Under the pieces are notes generated by a model. That model had not been told where the DNA came from, did not search any database, and was given only the letters and a program-made list of their open reading frames with translations. A stretch of DNA of 63,819 bases, the filler included, from Choristocarpus tenellus KU-1152 (lineage: Eukaryota; Protista; Phaeophyceae), in assembly GCA_964200185.2 (NCBI GenBank). It is 12 parts of 12 records of this genome, joined end to end, with 100 filler letters (N's around TTAATTAATTAA, not from the genome) between each part and the next. Parts side by side here need not be neighbours in the genome. Positions count along the whole stretch, not along the records: positions 48,070 to 52,115 come from CAXNAD020016502.1; positions 52,216 to 61,091 come from CAXNAD020004235.1; positions 61,192 to 63,819 come from CAXNAD020026150.1; 9 more parts are not named here. One strand, written 5' to 3'. The position numbers and the translations under genes were made by a program. How positions within the stretch are numbered: the first letter of the stretch is position 1; every line of letters begins with the position of its first letter. Positions 50,944 through 63,622 of this stretch are shown piece after piece.

Positions 50944-53570
50944 GGCGTGTGGGTTTGTGATATGGTGGTGCGTGTTGGAGTGATGCGAGGGGTGTGGGGC
51001 GGTGGAGTTGCATGATGTATTTACGCAGAGTTCCGCCACCCCAACAGAAAAACGTACAGCTCAACGACCCTAACAGGTCGGATAAACGCGGCTCGATAAA
51101 CACGGAGATCAACCATATATAGCAGGGTAGATATTCCGAAAGAGGCTCCAACTTGCAGGATATGCATAACCCACAGGGAAGCTTGCGGGAAATATTCCGA
51201 TCTTTGTTCTGATTCTTGAAATCGAAACATACATGGCTGTTATTCCAACGGGCACGGGTTAACCTCGGAAATCGGAACATACTTGTCTGTTGTGCTAACA
51301 GTGCACGGGGTGCACTTCGAAACACTCCAATTATTTTGACTGTTAGATATTCCGAAAATGGCTCCAACGTGCCGGTTCCATAACACACAGGGAAGCTTTC
51401 AAGAAATATTTTTAATTTTTGTTCAGGTTACGATTTCAAATAGGAACGTTTATGGTTTATCAATGTTGAACAGATAGACTTCGGACCATTCCGACTCTAT
51501 TTAACTAGTAGTCTACTGTGAGAGTACGATTTTTGCCTGGTAGTCTTTTACCTGTCGAGGAAAACCCGTGATTCAGTTCTAAAAACAATCACCCTACCTG
51601 AAAATCTGACGGATAGTTTTTTTTTAATCGATTTCGAGATTCGTTGGCTTGTTTGATTCCGACGACCGAGCCTTTCACCTCACAAATCGGAACAGCCGTC
51701 AAGGCAGCCGATCAAAAATCAGGTGCTGTAGATGTCCTCTACTGCGAGCACTTCTTCAAGAACAAGCTTTCGCCGTGATGGTTGTTAGTTGTCCACCTGC
51801 GGGTCGCGCGAATACCTAACGGTGAGTGTCCCCTCTCTGCTATATGTACAGAGTAGGCATCATAAGATTGCACACAGGGCTGTTCATGGGTATGGAATGC
51901 ATCACTGTAACCTGTCATGATGTGGTTCAAACCTCGGTTGCCATTAAAACTTTCACACTGAAATTGATCGGCGGCGTGCAGGATGGTTTCGAAATATTTC
52001 TCATTCCTTATCTCATAATCCGTTCCTGATCTCACGAACATACTGTTGTGTGCAACCAAATTACCCAAAAATCGCGACATGAAAAAATTGACCACAAATG
52101 GACAGTCGCCACCCCNNNNNNNNNNNNNNNNNNNNNNNNNNNNNNNNNNNNNNNNNNNNTTAATTAATTAANNNNNNNNNNNNNNNNNNNNNNNNNNNNN
52201 NNNNNNNNNNNNNNNGGAGTGGGGGAGGGCAGTACCCTCCCATCCAATTTCTCGGGGGAATTGGTGCACTGATTTTTTGGAGCCCTTTCTTCGCCCTAGT
52301 TTCTTGTGGGGGTGTGTCTGTAAATGTGGGTGGGTGGATTAAGTATGAGGTGGCAAAGCAAGGCAACAATTGCTGCACCATGCTGCTGTTCCAGATATTT
52401 CACCGGATCAGCAGTTTTTTTTTGGGGGGGGGAGGGGAGTTGGGGTAGGAGGGAGGAATGGTGATGCAATTTTGTGGAATGAGAGTTTTGTTGGGTTATC
52501 CTTGATTGTGTTGATTGCATCATGGGGGTTGTTCATTGAAATTGACCCTCTTGGAGCTATCTTCAACGAGGATTTTTGAAACTCATCTCCTATTGTTGTG
52601 TTGTTTAACTATTTATATTGTTTCATATTACTACTAGTGCGTGCTCTAGAGCTTCCAAGTCAATCATGATGGTGATACTTACTACCTACGTACATACATA
52701 CATGCATCAAGATACACAGTTTTTCTTTTGTGGAGGCATAATCAACTCTTTAGTCGAAGTCACCGTTGTTGAACAGGTACCTATTGATAGGGTTAGAGGG
52801 TATAGTAACAGCAACTTTAATACTAGCCGACAATTTTTTTTCATTATTTTTTTCGGATCTTGTGAGGGGGGTAATCTCGAATATTTTGTTTATATTTTAG
52901 TGTTCACACAAAAAACTGTGTCTGGAGATTAATTACAAGCTCTTCGTTCCTCATCTTATGTTGGTCGGCACTTGCCTTTGCTGCATCTGATTGTGTTGCA
53001 TTATCACACTACTATCTCTCTCTCTCTCTCTCACTGGCACTCAATGCCCCAGAGATGGATTCCCCTTTCTGATTGCCTTCGTATGTTACCCACCCAGGTG
53101 TTCAGGAAGTGAGCAGGTGATACCTAATGTGGGACTGCTCTACCTTCATCCTGTACCACCGAGACATACATATACATCCATACATAAATACACAATCCCA
53201 CACAGTGTTCATTCTGTCCTAGTCTTTTCACTATTCCAGGATCCCTAAATTAAAGACTCCTTCCATAGCAATAATGATATACCTGCTCTTCATCTGAAGT
53301 TACTTCAAAAGAGAGGGAGGCTCCTATGTGCACTGCAACGGCCCTATTGGTTGGGTGGTTCGTCTCCGTTAGTACATCATGGAATTTATTCAGTTCTGCT
53401 GATTTGAAACCCATCTGGAACTCTAAATTAAAATATTGTGAAAAGTGTCCAAATTTTCACACTAAATAATGATCAACGTAGTAAGAAGTACCTACATAAA
53501 AGTATTTTTTGCTGATAGAAGGGAATGTTGCCCATTCTTTCAAAAACATTGTACTACGACACGAAAGTCG

Positions 53571-53754
53571 GGCTCAAAGTGTCTGGGGGGGGGGGGGGTG
53601 GCAGCTGTCCATTTGGGGGCAATTTTTTCATATCGCGATTTTTACGTAATTTGGTTGCATACGTCGGATGGATAATGTAAATGATCTTTTCCTGGTTATG
53701 GCCCAAATGGACACCCTGGTGTAGACCCCCCTCCCCCCCCAGATACTTTGGGTC
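53571..53754 (+). mobile_element. MITE family A, full copy
   Basis: GGCTCAAAGTGTCT...AGATACTTTGGGTC; 3-bp flank TCG/TCG. Confidence 0.92.
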
Positions 53755-54121
53755 TCGTGAACAAAGATTTATGTGAAGTATGTAGTACCAATCCAACCTG
53801 AAACACTTTGCTTTTTGCTTGATATGACCTGTAACTATATCAAGGATGCATTATTAACATCAATCTTGTATCCATTAAATCAAGCACAGCTATTCCCCGA
53901 TAATGCAAAGTGTGAAACGTCAAAAGAAACTGCTGCCCCCTTTCCTTGCGATGGTCCTTCATTATAAAATCATGAACGGTGCGGCAATCTCGCGTATCAA
54001 GTTTGGTATACATGGCGGCCTCATATGTGGTAGCCTCAAAGCCACTTACTGTTGTTGAATACGAGTATGGACCACCTCCAGTGCTAACAGTTTAGGCCCA
54101 TAATCTGCTGCTACTGTGAGA

Positions 54122-55387
54122 ATGGGGGACAGAAAGGATCTGGCATCTGCCTCACATTCCTTCCCTCTCAATATTGGTGCACTGTTCGGTAAGAAAAGAG
54201 AGCGCCAAGTCTACTTCTCTGGAGATATTGCCAAGCATGTGGAGTTTGAAGAGGGCAGTAGGGAATCATTCCTCGGATCGAAGTGCGGTGATCTGGGAAC
54301 AATTCTCGGCCACTACGCAGAGTCCCCTTACGGTCGACTGAAGCAAGAGGCGGCAGCGCTAAGAATTAAGACTGTCGACACATCAGATTCTGATGCAGTA
54401 ATGAGAGGGAAAACCAAGAGCGTTGTTCGTAAGGGGGTGACCATGCATCGTCATCAACGTGACACTGTTCGAGAAAATGGAATGGTGTTTGGAGGGTACA
54501 GTGACACCACCAATGAGGTCGCGGAGGAACTTCTCCACAAGTTGACCAACAGTGAGGTCCGAAGGCTGAAGGAACTTACAAGGTTGAAGCACGAGACCAA
54601 CCCTATCCACCTGATACGACGCTTCCTGCGAACTTCTGGGTGAGCGATAACAATGCTCAAGTTCGAAAAATGTCTTAATCTTACAAAGGATCCCGTTGAG
54701 TGCTTCAGATTCACTGTTCAACCAGGTGATAGATAGAGACCGCAACGCTCAATCCTCTCCATGTTACCACTTTTACTGACTAGAAAAAAAATGATACAAT
54801 TGTTCTATGTAGGGATACACTTCTCTCCCCTTTTTCTGTGTACAATGGCGTCTGCTGCCGTATCCCAACTACTGCCGCCTACCCAACCCTGGCCAGGACA
54901 GTCTTCCTCTCGACCACATCTTTGCCACTGCCGTCATTGTCTATCGGCGTGAGCACCTTGGCCCAGCTTTCCGCTTGTGGAAAAGGTTTATTAAAACGGA
55001 CATTCTCCGCTTGACTTCTCGTGCAGTTGCTTCTCTAGTCATTCAGCGTGCCTGGCACAGTCCACATGGTCCTTCCAGAACAAGTGACAAGGGCTTCTCA
55101 AAAGATCCAACCACAGATGATGCTGAAGCTCAGGGTATCCAGCAAGAGTTAAATGAGTTGGCAGGGCAACAAAGGGTGGTGTATAAGCTAACCACAGGGC
55201 AGGGCAATGATTCACAGCAGCTAAAGGAAGAGCCAGTCTCTCATATACAATTTAGGATAGAAGCAGTAGTTGCACTTCAGTCGCTGTGGAGGGGAACCAT
55301 GTGTCGAGTGCAGGTTGGCCAGAGACTACATGGAAGGCTACGGAAGGCACTAATAGAGCTAGGTGGGGGGAAAGGTCGGATACACAG
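54122..55387 (+). CDS. IQ-motif protein, 5' exons (54122-54639, 54689-54725, 54897-55387)
   Basis: Phase-compatible GT-AG junctions give one frame containing ASLVIQRAWH and AVVALQSLWRGTMCR; donor CAG|GTGACA. Confidence 0.72.
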
Positions 55388-56622
55388 GTGACACAATACA
55401 TTCTCTTAAGCCAAACTGCCTGTTCTTTGTATTTTGGTGCACAGGACATTCTATGAAGTGTGGAAGGTTTCCACTTGACGTCTTATCACCAGCAACAGAC
55501 ACCAACAGAAGTAGCGGTAACGACATCACTAATGTGAAAAGTGGGAACAGGATATGTTATATTCAGTGCCCCTTTTACTCAATGGTTGTCGAAATAGAGG
55601 TCTAGCAAAAGACGGTTTGGAAAAAATTTCTGAAGAAATATTTTAGCATGTCAATGCCTTTTGGGTTGATGCAATGTCTGTCAGCTTTATAGGGATAGCA
55701 ACTGCAATAGGCGGGGGAGTCTGATTCGCAATTGCTGTTCTTTCTATGGTCAAAGATATGAGCTGCCTCTTTCGATTCATGGGTGACTGTCTATAGCTTT
55801 AAGGTAAAATGTAAATAATCCAAAGACTTAAAGCAGTACACCTGTATAATTGATTACTTTGACATTGGTCAGGTTACCCATATTGCTCCTGGTCAATGAA
55901 CCGCCCTTCGACAAGGTAATGTGAATCAAGATGGCCTTCTATTTGAGTATCAATGGTATTCTCAGTATCTTGGCACGAAAATACACCACATCAACATCTG
56001 CCAACAAATCATGAGCACTCCTTATTCTTACACTAAGGCACAATATTGCCAATTTCCTGCTTGAAGTCCTTACTCTTCTTCTGCATCCTACATATCAGCT
56101 CCCCAAACTTCACACCTGAATCAACAATATTACCCACACCCTCGTGTCACAAGTACACACGATTTAATCATGCCTCAATCTCATCACCAGTAGGTCCGTA
56201 TCACAGCTCTTGCTGCTAAACCAACCCCACAAGTCTCAATCTTCATCTCCCCTCCCTCTTTCCTTTGTGCTATCCTACATCTGCATGCATTGGTCCCGTG
56301 GCAGGGTATATATGGCTACCAGGGAAAGGAGCTTGCTTGAGCAAACTGCTCTGTCTCGTGCGTGTGATGTTGCATTCAGCTCTTATCAATGCACACCAAT
56401 TTGTTGTGGACCATCATGGAAGGAGGTGACTATTGTGCAACCCCCCAAAACCTTTTTTATAAACAGAGTTGGGCTGGGGAAGGGGATTACTACTCATATA
56501 TTATACTACCTTTTCAATGACCTGTCACAGTCACCAACTAACTATTGTTGGTTGCAACATGATGCTCCCAACTATCACCACTTCGGTGTATGTGAAAACA
56601 TTGAATGAAAAGGCGCACTACT

Positions 56623-56880
56623 GAGTGAAAGTATCTTAGAGGGTACGATTTTTGCCCTGTTTGTCCATTTGGGGCTTGGCTTCCCACAGGTGTTTTATGA
56701 CATTTTTTCTACTCCGATATGTTTCGGAGTAGGTAAAATTTATACGCTATGAAAAGGTGTGTGCGGAACAAGGATATTGACGCCTCCAAAAAACACGATA
56801 GTCAAAATTACATCAAAATCGGAACATTGGATTTTGACACCCAAATGGACGCGGCTCTACCCTCTAAGATACTTTGGCTC
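56623..56880 (-). mobile_element. MITE family B, full copy
   Basis: GAG...CTC termini, 4-bp TSD TACT/TACT. Confidence 0.93.
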
Positions 56881-57109
56881 TACTTCTAAGGCCAAGTGCA
56901 GCAATGGCATATTCCTGGTGGTTCTTCTGAAAATGTTGTACAATTTTCCTATGTAGTCTCTTATCCACTGCTGAGATTTCGAAAATATAATTTAGCTGAT
57001 TATACAGGACAGTACAATGATAGAAAATACTCCAGGTGAGTTCTTGATAATTCTACACAATGCAAACCATTCAAAAATGAAGGTGATTCTCTCACAACCC
57101 CTCTGGGGA

Positions 57110-57332
57110 GAGTGAAAGAACCTGAGAGGGTACGAGTTTTTCCCTGTTTGTCCATTTGGGGCTTGGCTCCCCATGGATTTTTTTATGACATTTTCCTACT
57201 CCAAAGTGTTTCAGAGTAGGTAATATGTATACATTATGAAACGTTGTGTCCAGAACAAGGATATTGGCACTTCCTAACAAACACGATGGCCCCCAAATGG
57301 ACGCGGTCCTACCCTCTAAGATACTTTGACTC
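57110..57332 (-). mobile_element. MITE family B, internally deleted copy
   Basis: GAG...CTC termini, 4-bp TSD GGGA/GGGA. Confidence 0.9.
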
Positions 57333-58815
57333 GGGAGTTTCACTTTGAATCGATAATACGCTTCTACCCCTAAGCCTTCAAGACATTATAAATTATCTCT
57401 AGGTATCAAGTATTGCTTTCCAAGTGTGTCAAATGTATTGGCCTAATCGTGACAGAAAGGCAATTTGATTTCCCTCACAATGACTATCAGTGAGTAGCTT
57501 CAATGTGTGCACAGTAGACAATAACAACAGAACTTCAACCCCCACCCTTCATAACATAACACAATGTCATAGTTACATTTTTCAGCTCAATCTCTGGTGA
57601 ATGATATCTCCGAAGTCTTACCCTTGTATATTATGAACATGTTAGGATGTGCCACTTCCCTGATTGTTTCTCCATGACATCGTAGTTGCAGTTTCTAGTA
57701 GATCTGGTTGAGGGACTGCTAGATGCTCGCAGAAGTCAAAGGAGAGACTTGGAGGAAGCTTGGGTAAGACAGGCAGCAGTGAACGAGACAAGGGAGAAAC
57801 AATGCAAGGAAGAGAGGATGCTAGGAGCACAACGGTGGTTATCAAGAACAAGGTGAGTATCATCCACTTCTTCCACAAGGGTAAGAGGGTGCTTAGGGGA
57901 GGGGAGTAAACTGTCTACCTGCAAGCACCCTTGGATGAACGGTGTGCAGAAATATTAGCTTTACTGACATTAAACTGAGCTTGATAACTGTTGTGTGTTT
58001 GAACCCCATTGGGTGGGACCAAATGGGCAAGGAATTTGACCAAGAACGCCATTGAAGTTGGCATCAACTCCTTTACCGTAGAGATGTCGGCTCTTTACTC
58101 GAAACTCTTACCCTGTTTGAATGGTCTGACACAAGGGTTTATCTGAAACCTTGTCTTTATGAGAAAGCACCCTTGCAAACTGAGTACCACCAATTCTTGA
58201 ACTGTTTCTTGTGATTGTTTACCGTGCGAATTGCTGGTATGACTGACCAGGCGGAGGCACTCAGAGGATGAGGCTGCGATGAAGAAGTTACGAGGTGGAG
58301 CAGACGACAGTGAGTTCCGGGATCACCTGTGCCAGCTGCATATGAGAAGAATTCAACACGATGATGCACTAAAACGACAATATTTGGAGCGGGTGAGAAT
58401 ATTTCACCAAGTAAGGAAGTAAGATGAACGGAAGACTGGAAAATTACTCGCAGGGGTGCTCTGGGTCAGTGGGTGCATTTGATCTTTTCAACTCCTGATC
58501 AGGAAAATGGTCAATTGCCCCCTGATTGGTCTACAGTAGTTGGGGAATATGAAACTCAAGCAGTAGTCGTACAAGCCTAGGTCTACAAGTGCCAAAGAGA
58601 TTGATTGCTTTAACTCATGAACGAACACATGATATTCAGCAGAATGCATTCAAATTCACACACACATGTACATAATGACACACCAATTTATCACTTCAGA
58701 AAAGACTTCATGGAATGATATTGATGCAATACATTTTCAAAAGAAGAAAAAGAAGTAGACCAGATACTTGATTCGGCATCAGAGTTTCTTTGAAGCATCC
58801 AAAATCACATCAATT

Positions 58816-58994
58816 GGCTCAAAGTGTTTGGGGGGGGTGACGACTGTCCATGCGGGGCCCAATTTTCCATGTTGCGATTTTTGGGTGATTTGGTTGCATG
58901 AGTCAGATGGATAATGTTAGTGCACTTCTCCTGGTCAGGGCCCTAATGGACACCCTGGTGTAGATCCCTCCCCCCCCCCCCGAATACTTTGTTC
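58816..58994 (+). mobile_element. MITE family A, diverged full copy
   Basis: GGCTCAAAGTG...ATACTTTG with the family-A body. Confidence 0.85.
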
Positions 58995-59099
58995 TAATTT
59001 ATAATTCTTTCAATATTTCTTGGTATTTTCAGTTATCTAATTGACACCAATATTCCATGTTTGAGATGTGGAAACAGTGTGCTGTGACATCAATAGTAG

Positions 59100-60330
59100 C
59101 TGCAAGTAAGGTCTTCCTCTACCGCCACCCCCAGCTCCCAGTACATACTCCTACTACATTGCCTTAAATTCTTCAATAGTTCCCGTTCCTTGCCTATCCA
59201 ATAGCTATCATGTATCTTCTACATTTGGGCCCCTCTTGTACAAGAGCAGTTACACAGGAACAAAGGGTCATCATCCACGTCCCTAGAGGCACGACTGTTG
59301 TTGAGATAAGCATTCAGGGTATTGTCTGTTGCAGAGAACAAGTGTCCTGGGGTGGCTGAGCTACCTCAAGCACGGATAACCTCTGAGCAGATTTCCTCAG
59401 CTCTCCTATTGAAATCTTGCCTTGCTAGCCACAACTTAGGTGGTCAGAGACAGTTTTGGTAAAAGAAAATACGAATGACTTGAGTTATTCTACACCAATC
59501 TGTACTGGTTCAGGACTTGCACATGAAAGGGGCACCTCCAATGATCACCTCTCTTCCACTTTCTTTGCAGTCCACCCTACACCAAGACAATCCATAGCAT
59601 ATGCATCAGTATTGTTCTAGTCCAAGGTTTCTCTACAGTCTTTGTATCAAGTTGCCAGAAGCACTTCACTATAAATACATAGAGGACATACCAGATACAC
59701 TACTTCTACTATCAACAACTCTGGAGTATTGCTAGATGCATCTTGCTTAAGGAAAAACAATATCAATAGCAGAATGAATAAGCAGTCGGAATTATTCGGT
59801 TTTGATATCTTAGATGTTTAATATGCAAGTTCACCTTCCTACCTACCCACACATGGACGTCAAGCAAGGTTTCCTCCTACTCTATCTTGCGCATGTACCA
59901 CATACACACACATGTGGCTCATGGGATGAGCCAAAGGGCATCGATGTATCATCATCTGAAGCACAAGCACATTCTCCTCGTGCACACTGCCAGCATCTGG
60001 GAAGATAAACCTCGATAAACTGAAAAACGTGGATGAAATGCTAAGATTTGACTCAATGATATTGATTCCTCCATTGTTTGAGCATTATTGGACAGAGCAC
60101 AGAAAGGTCCTACATGCACATTTGTCAGCATCCTAACAATATAACCCCAGGTATCTTTCATTCACTTTGGATTCGCCCATCCTCCACAAAAGTCAGAGTT
60201 CATTTGCTCGATTATTGCCAATCGTCCATCAAATGCTTGGCACCATTTACTCTGTTGCATCTGTCATCTATTTCATCATTCAAGGCTGTTTGCCCAGGAG
60301 TGCACTCTGGACTATCAACTCTATGACGTT
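59100..60330 (-). mobile_element. Possible highly decayed LINE reverse transcriptase remnant
   Basis: Only faint RT-like fragments in stop-riddled frames. Confidence 0.25.
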
Positions 60331-60378
60331 CTTTGTTGGGCGAACGCCTCCGTCAATTCGATCTGTAACATGTCTTCT

Positions 60379-60637
60379 GAACCAAAGTATCTTAGAGGGT
60401 AGAGTCGCGTCCATTTCGGGGCCAAGCTCCAATGTTGCGATTTTGATGTGATTTTGGCTATCATGTTAATTATACAGTGTCAATCTTCTTGTTCCGGACA
60501 CACCTTTTCTTAATGTATACATTATACCTACTCCGAAACATTTTGGAGTAGGAAAATGTTATAAAAAGAAGCACGGGAAGTCAAGCCCCAAATGGACAAA
60601 CAGGGCAAAACTCGCACCCTCTAAGATACTTTCACTC
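60379..60637 (+). mobile_element. MITE family B, full copy
   Basis: GAACCAAAGTATCTTAGAGGG...ACTTTCACTC, 4-bp TSD TTCT/TTCT. Confidence 0.93.
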
Positions 60638-61009
60638 TTCTCCAGGACACCACTTACGGCCTTTTTCTCAGTACAGTCCATTTTTCTATACAAATCTTTG
60701 CCGTGTACTTTGTGAAATGCTAAAACGTTGGGTTGAGTTTTGCGAGCATTTACGTTGTCCGCGTTGTTAACATACACCATCCCTTGCACCAAACATGGAA
60801 AACTCTTTCTTGTCAGGAGGAAAGATACTTCATGTGGCGTGAGGAGATACGACAGCAAACTGCCTTGGCAAACATAAAAGCGCATCAGACCAGCAGGTGA
60901 GCTCCATTATGAAATCTGGTGACCAGCATTCCCTCAATAGAGAGAGAGACGCTTGCTAGTAATACTCGCAGAAAGAGAGGACTCTTTGCTGCTTTCAAGA
61001 GGGACAGCT

Positions 61010-61091
61010 GGCTCAAAGTATCTGGGAGGGGGTGGGGGCTGTCCATTTAGGGTCAATTTTTTTATGTCGCGATTCTTGGGTTATTTGATTG
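61010..61091 (+). mobile_element. MITE family A, left half at contig end
   Basis: GGCTCAAAGTATCTGGG...GTCCATTTAGGG...GTCGCGATT. Confidence 0.85.
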
Positions 61092-61419
61092 NNNNNNNNN
61101 NNNNNNNNNNNNNNNNNNNNNNNNNNNNNNNNNNNTTAATTAATTAANNNNNNNNNNNNNNNNNNNNNNNNNNNNNNNNNNNNNNNNNNNNTGATAGCTA
61201 AAATCCAAGTAAAATAACTACGCAAGCACGCTTAATAGGGTGCTATAGCATGTTAAGCTGTCCTTGGTGATCTGTTGTCCCACACAACTAGTTATATTAT
61301 TGTTTATTCACTTGTACCACAGTTAAGAAGAGAGTGAGATACCTTCACTAAGTGGGGCTCACCAGTCCTTACACTTAATGACTCAGAATACCAAATGACT
61401 CAACGTATCTCTAGTACAC

Positions 61420-63622
61420 TTCAGAAACACTCTGACTCTAATAGTCCGCCGATTACTTCTGATCAAATACCCCGCCTAAATATCCCGAATGTCCCGCATT
61501 ATCTTCTGTGCGTACATAAAATAATACTTCAAATCATATTCTCACAAATGGTCAAGCATAATCTTGACAAGGTTTCCGATGAGCCTTGCCAATAGCGCAC
61601 CCCTTGCAGTATTGTTGCCACTCCCCAGTTAAGCAAATCCCACGATCCTTGGCATACCTGTGTACCATCGCTTCATGGCAGTGACTGAGTCACATATGCA
61701 TCCAGTTGATATCCACTCTGACCCCAAGGGGCCGTGATAAAAGCTCCAGTCCCACCTTGGGCTAGCTCATCAGGTCCATCATTGCCTGATGTCGATGCAA
61801 CTTCTATATCACCAGTATCCATACTTGAGGCGAGCTCCTCCCCCTCAACAGTCCCCCCAGGGACGATGGTATGTGCATTACTTCCACCCAGTTCCTCAGC
61901 ACCCACCACTGATGTTTCATTCGGACTAGTTGACCCCCCTGGATCAAACACTGGTGGAGCCATCTTTGAGGTAGGTCCCTCCCCCACAACTATCCCCTCT
62001 GGGATAATGTCATTAACTTCAACCCCCTCGAGGGGAAGTTTACTCATTTCTACAGCATCCTTCACTGATGAAGTAGCCTCGATCATCAATCGTTCTCGAT
62101 CAATATCCCCACCACTCCCCTCTTGGGCGAAATCAAGATCTCTAGCCCCACCGTGGGTTAGGTCGATACCTCCAGCCTCATCCTCATCCTGCACGAAGTC
62201 GACTCCTCTAGCTTCCTCCTGGACGAGGTCAATACTTCCATCCCCATCCTGCGCGAAATTGGCACCTCCAGTCCCCACTTGAGTGAGGTTAATTGCTGCT
62301 GTTCCTCCAAGCGCAAATGCCACTTCGGTCTCATCAGGTGGGTAAGGGGGAGTTGATCTACATGGTGGTGTAGGTTTAGTAGGCATTCTCCTCCTAGCCT
62401 TTAATGTGTCCCATTCCGCTACAATGTAGCAGGTACCGAAAAACATTTCCTATTATGGGTGGGGAAGAAACAGACAGACAAACAGACATGTAATGCGGTC
62501 CACCGTACTTGAAACATTTTACACCATGTTTACCATGATATCCAGCGGATGATGCAGAACATGATCCATGATTGAAAGTCGAGCTTCCAGTAGACATAAG
62601 CACTCCATTGTGGTTCCCAATACCACTGTCCACCAACTTCTTGTTCATTCGATATGATTCGCAGACCCTCTTCCGTAGTTGTAATCTTGCCGGTCGACCC
62701 ACATCGGAAATCTGACGTATTTCAATCACATATTCTGCAGTAAAACCGTTATGAATCACTGTCAGCTGCTCTTCCTCGTCAGGTTCGGCACCAAGACTCT
62801 GCAACTTCTTCACCAGCTTTTTCACCACCTCTTGGATACCATCTGCAGGACCCCCTCCAATTGATAGACGGAATTCGTGTAATATTGTCCTCCAGATAGC
62901 TCTTTTCGTGATAACATCTCTTTTGAAACAGTCTCTCAGTGCCTGGAAAGCTTCAGATGGGCTGTCGTGGTTATCAACAATGTCGAATGCAAGTCCTCCT
63001 AAACTCATAACCAATCCAGCCAATGCAATGCTGGCTTCACGAACTTCTTGGCGTGTCCTCCTCGACATATTTCCTCCTTCTAAGTCCACCCTGATGTGGT
63101 CTTTGGTGAACAATGCATCCATCCATTCACCCATAGCAGCACAAGTTAGAAATAGATTCCTGTCAGAGGGAAACCCCTCCCCATCATCGTCTCCATTGTA
63201 CACCACAAATTTGGAGGGAAGTGGGATGAGGCGCTACAGGTCCACTCCCGCAGTCCGTCTTGAGATCTCGATCCCCCTCGTCGCTAGATCCTCCTCATCA
63301 TCGATGCCCTGTACTTCCACACCAACATCTTCAACCTCCACAATCAGGTTACCGACAGGAGACGCCATCGGGACTCCGTCTGACCTCTCTACTACTACCT
63401 AAATCGAGATATCAGCACACTTTAAAGTGCGCTAGATAGCATGTTAAAGAATGTGTAGAATCCCAAGTCTTGATATTGAAATATGTACATTAATTCATTT
63501 TCAGTTATGTTGTAGATAGAAAGTTGGAGTGAAATTATCCCGTTATCCAACAATAGTTCAACAACTCAATATTTCACCTAGAGAATCATCTTTTTCACAC
63601 GAATAAAAGCATATTCTTAACA
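61420..63622 (-). mobile_element. Ty1/copia-type LTR retroelement remnant (putative 5' LTR 63622-63442, gag, acidic linker)
   Basis: TGTTAAG...TTTAACA bounded segment; ORF 62394-63206 has a copia-gag-like pattern (AFQALRDCF...LHEFRL...KLQSLG....EEQ...I.NG...EY) and degenerate knuckle KCFKYGGPHYMSVC. Confidence 0.75.

Larger units (their letters stand above)
48143..52048. mobile_element. 3.9-kb TIR element carrying a SET-domain gene, no transposase seen
   Basis: About 110-bp TIRs (T/C)AACAGTATGTT(T/C)GTGAGATCAGGAAC..ATTATGAGATAAGGAATGAGAAATATTT.GAAACCATCCTGCACGCC.CCGATCAATTTCAGTGTGAAAG at 48143-48252 and 51941-52048; TG(TG) direct flanks. Confidence 0.92.
48070..52115 (-). mobile_element. MITE family A copy split into 48070-48142 and 52049-52115 by a 3.9-kb insertion
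   Basis: The halves join as ...TTATCCATCCGGTGTG|TGCAACCAAATTACCCAAAAATCGCGAC..., collinear with intact copies. Confidence 0.9.

Noticed and set aside
61734-63402. Plus-strand Ser/Pro-rich ORFs 61734-62282 and 62908-63402
   Set aside because: Antisense shadows of the minus-strand gag-region frames.
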